DNA from: an uncultured Acidobacteriaceae bacterium
GTDB taxonomy: Bacteria; Acidobacteriota; Terriglobia; Terriglobales; Acidobacteriaceae
Direction: 5' to 3'
NCBI GenBank assembly: GCA_964242225.1
Contig: CAXTAE010000001.1
Span: 650,169 to 714,168 of the forward strand
Length of the DNA stretch: 64,000 nt
Part shown: positions 59,162 to 64,000 of the stretch, one piece after another
Numbering within the stretch: position 1 is the stretch's first letter
Layout: every line of letters begins with the position of its first letter
Made by a program: the position numbers and the translations under genes
Notes under the pieces: model-generated
Told to the model about the DNA's origin: nothing
What the model saw: only the letters and a program-made list of their open reading frames with translations
The model's database searches: none

Positions 59162-62100
59162 ATGTCGAAGGAAATTTATATCTCCAGTACGCCGCATGAG
59201 ACGCGTCTGGCAATCGTCGAAAAAGACGAACTCAGTGAGATCTACTACGAGCGCGAGAACGAATACACGCTCGCCGGTTCCATCTACAACGGGCGCGTAA
59301 CGCGGGTTCTGCCGGGCATGCAGTCGGCCTTTGTCGATGTAGGTCTGGAGCGCGACGCGTTTCTCTACATCACTGACTTTCTGGAAGAACAGGGTGAGTC
59401 GGCCGATTTTGAGGGTGGCGAGCCTCGGCGCGTCAATGGTGAGCGCGCAGCAGGCGATCGCGCAAGCAGCGAGCGTGGGTCGAGTGAGCGCGGGGCGGAA
59501 CGTGGCCGTGGCGATCGTGACCGCGGTGGCCGCACCCGCGAATCGGGTCGCGAAGCTGCCCCGGAGACCCTGCGAGCGATCGAGCCGGTGCAGACCGCAG
59601 TCGAAATAGAGACCGCGCCCAGCCACCAAACAGAATTAGGCGACGACAGCGCGTCTGAGGGCAGCCGTACGTGGCGTGGACGCCGCGGCCGTCGTCGTGG
59701 ACGCGGCGGCGAACGCAGTAGCGTGTCACCGACCGCCGAACCAACGGTACCGCTGGTCGAGGCGCTGCCCGACTACACCGACGAGAATGATCCCCAGCCG
59801 CTGGAGCAGCTGCACGGGCAAGCTGAAGAAAGCTCTGAGACGTCTCGTGAAGATCGTCCGCGTGAAGAACGACCGCGTGCCGAGCGCGGCGGACGGGATC
59901 GTGGACGGGGTGTGCGCGATCGAGGCGGACGGGAGCGGGACCGCTCCGGAGATCGTGGCCGTCAAGCGGAGGGTTCCGGTGTGCAGGAAGCTGCAGGGGA
60001 CGATGCGGTTCCGACGGAAGAACCGCTCATTCTTCCGGGGGAGTCTCTCTCCAAGTATCGCAAGGGAGAGGGCGATGAGGCTCCTGCCTCTGCCGGAACG
60101 AGGGCGCAGACCAATCTGGTCGTGGCCCGTCCTTCGACGGAGTTCGACGCTGCCGCTGCCGGATGGGATGGCGGCTCGGTGCTACCAGGCGAGACCTTGT
60201 CGCGGCATCGCGGACGGCCGAATGACGAAGCGCCGCGCCACGGGACGCCTACGGAAAGTTCTGGGCAGGCTGACCGCTCTTCGGGTGACTCTGAGACCGG
60301 GCGCAATCGACGTCGCGACCGGGATTCGCGCCGCGGACGGGGCGATAGGCCCGATCGTGAACAGCAACCGGCCCCAGTTGTCACCGCTGAGACTTCGATG
60401 ATCGAAGAGGCCACGCCCACCTCGTTTCGCTCGGGTGCGGTCTCCCGTGAGCAGCTTGATCCGGAGCAGGCGGTGCAGCCAGGCGTCACATCGCAGCATG
60501 AGCCGGAGAGCACGTTCGTGCGCCTTGAAGACGGCTTTGTGGAGCCAATTGGCGGTTCCGACGACGCTCCCGCCTTTGAGACAGAGGCGTTCGCTGCCCG
60601 GCAGGATGCGGAAGCGGGTTCGGCGGAAAGCGCAGAGTACATCGCTGAAACGGATGCCATCCCGGTGATGGCTGACGGCCCTGGCGAGAGCCTTCTGGCT
60701 GCAGTGCAGGCCATGCATGAGACTGTGTCCGCGTTCGCGGAGCCGAAGTCCGTGCATGGTACCGACGAGGCTGCTACGGAGTTTCACGAAGAGACGACCG
60801 AGTACGAACCCGGCGAGGACGCCTCGGCGTCGTACCGCGTCGATCCCGCTGGCCCGAGCGAGTTTCGGCAGAGCGGCTTAGTCGAAGACGAGATGAATCC
60901 TCCTGAGGTTCGCTTTGAGGAGGGCAGCGAGGTCGCCCAAGAGGGTTCGGGCCACGAGTTCACGGCGGTTCAGGCCTCCGGCGAGATGATTTCGGAGCTC
61001 CCTGGCGACGTTGCCATTCCGGGCGCCGAGGAGGACCCCTCCAATCCCATCGAGGCTGAGACAGCTGTGCAGTCGGTCCATCTAAGCGATGTACAGGGCA
61101 CGCCGCAGCCGACCGCAGCTCCTGCCCAGGCTGCCGTGCCCGAGGTTCAAACAAGCGTAGCGACACCCGGCTTTGCACCCGGGGAAGGTGAGCTTGAGGA
61201 AGAACTGCTGGATGACGACGATGAGGGCGAATTGTTCAACCTTGCCGCCGGCGATAGCGACGACACCGAAGAAGAGACCTTCGAGGCGGGTGCCGAGATC
61301 GGATCTCTGGTGCGCGATCGCGCTCTCGAGCAGATGACACGCAGCGAGATGACGCTCGCCGCCGAAGATGAGGACGACGAAGAGTTCGACATCGATGAAG
61401 AGGAGATGGAGGAGGATGAGCTCGACGGCGGGGAAGAGATTGCCGGGGGCGAGTTCGCCGACGACGAAGGGGAAGAAGACGATCGCCTCGAGATCGGGGA
61501 CACCCCGTTCGAGGAGGAGGGCGACAAGCCTGCGGCGGCGGTCATGGGAGAATTTCCCGAGTTCGCCGCCGAAGAGGGATCGTCCCGTGAGCCTGGCCGG
61601 GAACGTGCCGGCGAGCGCGGGGGTGAGAGCCGTCGTGAACCTCGGCGTGGCGAAGGACGGGATCGTGGCGGTCGTGGTGGCCGCAGCGGTCGTGACTCGC
61701 GCGGTGGGGGGAACTCGCGGTCAAACGGACACGGGGGAGGCGGCGGACGTGGCAGCCGGCACTCGATGCAGAACACTGACATGCCGGCCATCAGCGACCT
61801 GCTGAAGCCTGGGCAGGAGGTTCTGGTACAGATCGCCAAGGAGCCTATCGCTAAAAAGGGCGCCCGCATCACCTCGCATATCGCGTTGCCGGGCCGTTTC
61901 CTGGTGTTTATGCCGACCGTGAACCATGTTGGCGTCTCGCGCAAGATTGAGTCCGATGGCGAGCGTCGCCGGCTGAAGGAGGTTCTGCTCAGCGAGAAGG
62001 GCGAGGCGTCCGGCGGCTTCATCGTGCGTACCGCGGCATTGGGTGCGAGCGAAGAGGAGCTGCGCAGCGATTTGCGCTTTCTGCTGAACCTGTGGGCCGA

Positions 62101-62983
62101 CATCAAGCAGCGGTCTGAGGCTTCGAAGTCACCGGCCCTGATTTATCACGATCTCAACCTGGTGGAGCGCATCCTGCGCGATCAGGTGACGGACAACTTC
62201 TCCGCCATCTGGGTCGACACGGAGACCGAGTACGAGCGCGTGCTGCGCTTCCTGCAGCGTTTCCAGCCGGCCCTTATGCGGCGCGTGAAGCTCTACACGA
62301 AGGACACACCGCTGTTTGAGCAGTTCGGCATCTCCGAGGAGATCAACAAGGCGCTGCGCTCGAAGGTGTGGCTGAAGTCGGGTGGGTCCATCGTGATCAA
62401 CCAGACGGAAGCGCTGGTCGCGATCGACATCAACACCGGCAAGTTTGTCGGCAAGACCGCGCGGCTCGAAGACACCATCGTGAAGACCAACCTCGATGCG
62501 ATCCCGGAGATTGTGCGGCAGATTCGGCTGCGTGATCTCGGCGGCATCATCGTCATCGACTTCATCGACATGGATGACCGCAAGAACCGGGCCAAGGTGC
62601 TGGCCGCTCTTGAAGAGGAGCTCAAGAGCGATCGTGCGCCGTCGAAGGTGCTGCAGTTCAACGACTTTGGCCTGGTTGCGATCACGCGAAAGCGCGTGAA
62701 GCAGTCACTCGAGCGTACCTTGTCGACGACCTGCGCCATCTGCGCCGGCACGGGCATGACGAAGTCGCCGGTCACGGTCTGCAACGAGATCTACATCGAG
62801 TTGCGCAAGATGCATAAACAGCTCGACAAGGGCGACGTGATGCTGCGCGTGAATCCGGAGGTGGTCAAGCAGCTGAAGTCGGGCAGCGGCAAGTGGCTGC
62901 AGGAGATGGAAGAGATCAGCGGCAAAACGATTCTGGTGAAGAGCGATCCCAGCCTGCATCCGGAGCAGTTCGACATCCACTAG
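59162..62983 (+). CDS. rne: Ribonuclease E/G family (Rne/Rng) with a very large insertion in the S1 domain
   Basis: GSIYNGRVTRVLPGMQSAFVDVG, QIAKEPIAKKGAR, AIDINTGK, LRDLGGIIVIDFIDM and Zn-link CAICAGTG motifs. Confidence 0.92.
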   Translation: MSKEIYISSTPHETRLAIVEKDELSEIYYERENEYTLAGSIYNGRVTRVLPGMQSAFVDVGLERDAFLYITDFLEEQGESADFEGGEPRRVNGERAAGDRASSERGSSERGAERGRGDRDRGGRTRESGREAAPETLRAIEPVQTAVEIETAPSHQTELGDDSASEGSRTWRGRRGRRRGRGGERSSVSPTAEPTVPLVEALPDYTDENDPQPLEQLHGQAEESSETSREDRPREERPRAERGGRDRGRGVRDRGGRERDRSGDRGRQAEGSGVQEAAGDDAVPTEEPLILPGESLSKYRKGEGDEAPASAGTRAQTNLVVARPSTEFDAAAAGWDGGSVLPGETLSRHRGRPNDEAPRHGTPTESSGQADRSSGDSETGRNRRRDRDSRRGRGDRPDREQQPAPVVTAETSMIEEATPTSFRSGAVSREQLDPEQAVQPGVTSQHEPESTFVRLEDGFVEPIGGSDDAPAFETEAFAARQDAEAGSAESAEYIAETDAIPVMADGPGESLLAAVQAMHETVSAFAEPKSVHGTDEAATEFHEETTEYEPGEDASASYRVDPAGPSEFRQSGLVEDEMNPPEVRFEEGSEVAQEGSGHEFTAVQASGEMISELPGDVAIPGAEEDPSNPIEAETAVQSVHLSDVQGTPQPTAAPAQAAVPEVQTSVATPGFAPGEGELEEELLDDDDEGELFNLAAGDSDDTEEETFEAGAEIGSLVRDRALEQMTRSEMTLAAEDEDDEEFDIDEEEMEEDELDGGEEIAGGEFADDEGEEDDRLEIGDTPFEEEGDKPAAAVMGEFPEFAAEEGSSREPGRERAGERGGESRREPRRGEGRDRGGRGGRSGRDSRGGGNSRSNGHGGGGGRGSRHSMQNTDMPAISDLLKPGQEVLVQIAKEPIAKKGARITSHIALPGRFLVFMPTVNHVGVSRKIESDGERRRLKEVLLSEKGEASGGFIVRTAALGASEEELRSDLRFLLNLWADIKQRSEASKSPALIYHDLNLVERILRDQVTDNFSAIWVDTETEYERVLRFLQRFQPALMRRVKLYTKDTPLFEQFGISEEINKALRSKVWLKSGGSIVINQTEALVAIDINTGKFVGKTARLEDTIVKTNLDAIPEIVRQIRLRDLGGIIVIDFIDMDDRKNRAKVLAALEEELKSDRAPSKVLQFNDFGLVAITRKRVKQSLERTLSTTCAICAGTGMTKSPVTVCNEIYIELRKMHKQLDKGDVMLRVNPEVVKQLKSGSGKWLQEMEEISGKTILVKSDPSLHPEQFDIH

Positions 62984-63003
62984 AGCAGGATGGGAAAGTA
63001 GCG

Positions 63004-63039
63004 AGCGGCGATCCGGAAGATGGGTCGCCGCTTCACTTT
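63004..63039 (+). terminator. Probable terminator hairpin after rne
   Basis: agcggcgatcc / gggtcgccgct 11-bp stem (one G-U) followed by tcacttt. Confidence 0.55.
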
Positions 63040-63405
63040 GGTACCATTCCCCCCGAATTTGCCCAAAGTCTTCGAACGAAGAGGGTTAACTCCGGACTTG
63101 AGTCCGAAGTTGTCGCAGTCTGCCCGCGGCGCGACTTGGCGACCGATTGCCAGTGTAACGAGGCAGCCTGGGTTGCTGTGCATTCGGTTGAGCTTGATAG
63201 AAGGCTCGAAAGAGTTATGCGGTTGCGCGGCTTTGTCCAGGGCGTGACAGGCGAGCCCGTGGCTTTGAAGACAGAAAGAAGGATGCTGCCGTTTTCGTCG
63301 CAGACAAGGAACGAGAGATGAATCCAGCCAGGCCATAGGCGATTGGTTGTTCTTATGGAAGAATCGACCCAAACTTACACAGTTCAGCCCGGGTACCCTT
63401 CCGCC

Positions 63406-64000
63406 ATGTTGAAGCTTCATACCGTCTATGTGATCGCGTTGGTATCGCAAGCGACGTCCGCCTCGGTGTTGGCGATGCTTGCCTGGGCTGACCGCCGTTC
63501 ACGCTGGTTGATGCCGCTGGCTACCGCCTGTGCTCTGCACGCTGCCGCGATCTACCTGATGCCCCTGTGGCGAGGGACTGGACGTTGGGTGCCGCAGGCT
63601 TTCAGCGCCGCGGTTCTTGTAGCGATGCTTTACCTGATTCGCCTCGGCTTGCAGTCCCTGCTGTTTCCGGTGCAGCGCCGGTCGGCTCGTGTCCACGCTG
63701 TCATAGGCGGGCTGATGCTGCTGCTGTTCGCACTGGCTTCTTACAATTCGCTTTGGTGCATCGAGGCCTCGGAGATGGCGGCGATCTCGCTGCTGGCCTG
63801 GACGGTACGCATGCTGTGGAACGCCCACGTACTGGCGGTGCGCGGACCACTGCGTGTTACGGCACTTCTGCTTTCCGCTATCCTCGTGCTTTTTCTGGTG
63901 AGAATGCCGCTCGAGCTCCTGGTGCCGCCTCCGCCCTTTCTGCTGCTTTTACGCGAGTCGACGATGCTGCTTGTGACCTCGATGGCCTTTTCGTTTCTGG
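63406..64000 (+). CDS. Multi-TM membrane protein, 3'-truncated (possible sensor domain of a signalling protein)
   Basis: Hand-translated MLKLHTVYVIALVSQATSASVLAMLAWADRRSRW...; open to the window end with several hydrophobic helices; absent from the ORF track. Confidence 0.7.
   Translation, partial: MLKLHTVYVIALVSQATSASVLAMLAWADRRSRWLMPLATACALHAAAIYLMPLWRGTGRWVPQAFSAAVLVAMLYLIRLGLQSLLFPVQRRSARVHAVIGGLMLLLFALASYNSLWCIEASEMAAISLLAWTVRMLWNAHVLAVRGPLRVTALLLSAILVLFLVRMPLELLVPPPPFLLLLRESTMLLVTSMAFSFL

Overview
A GC-rich, gene-dense chromosomal segment. Gene content and style (TonB, OmpA and beta-barrel proteins, a wHTH-PD40 receptor, an Rne/Rng with a giant insert) suggest an Acidobacteriaceae-type bacterium; that assignment is inference. 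It is mostly housekeeping: pgsA, gdh, trpE/trpG, efp, apt, cynS, class I fumarase, ftsK, uppP, recG, mreC-mreD-mrdA-rodA, rne/rng and one tRNA-Cys(GCA). I found no integrase, transposase, CRISPR array or rRNA. The best find is an unannotated ribosome-mediated attenuator at 46469-46618 (- strand). It has a 28-aa leader peptide with three consecutive Cys codons, a perfect 10-bp antiterminator and an intrinsic terminator, and it sits in front of a 1-Cys peroxiredoxin followed on the same strand by tRNA-Cys. The second is a 4.2-kb module separating trpE from trpG: a NoeA-like kinase-fold/methyltransferase fusion, a tiny signal-peptide-bearing YVDPGSG membrane peptide and a membrane alkaline-phosphatase-superfamily transferase. 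Other points of interest are phased direct repeats between a membrane wHTH regulator and a divergent secreted-protein gene, an EF-P with Asn at the normally modified Lys, an ~800-aa charged insert inside the RNase E/G S1 domain, an orphan GvpF/L, and an mre cluster with no adjacent mreB and an esterase inserted. All product calls come from motif recognition; no database searches were run.
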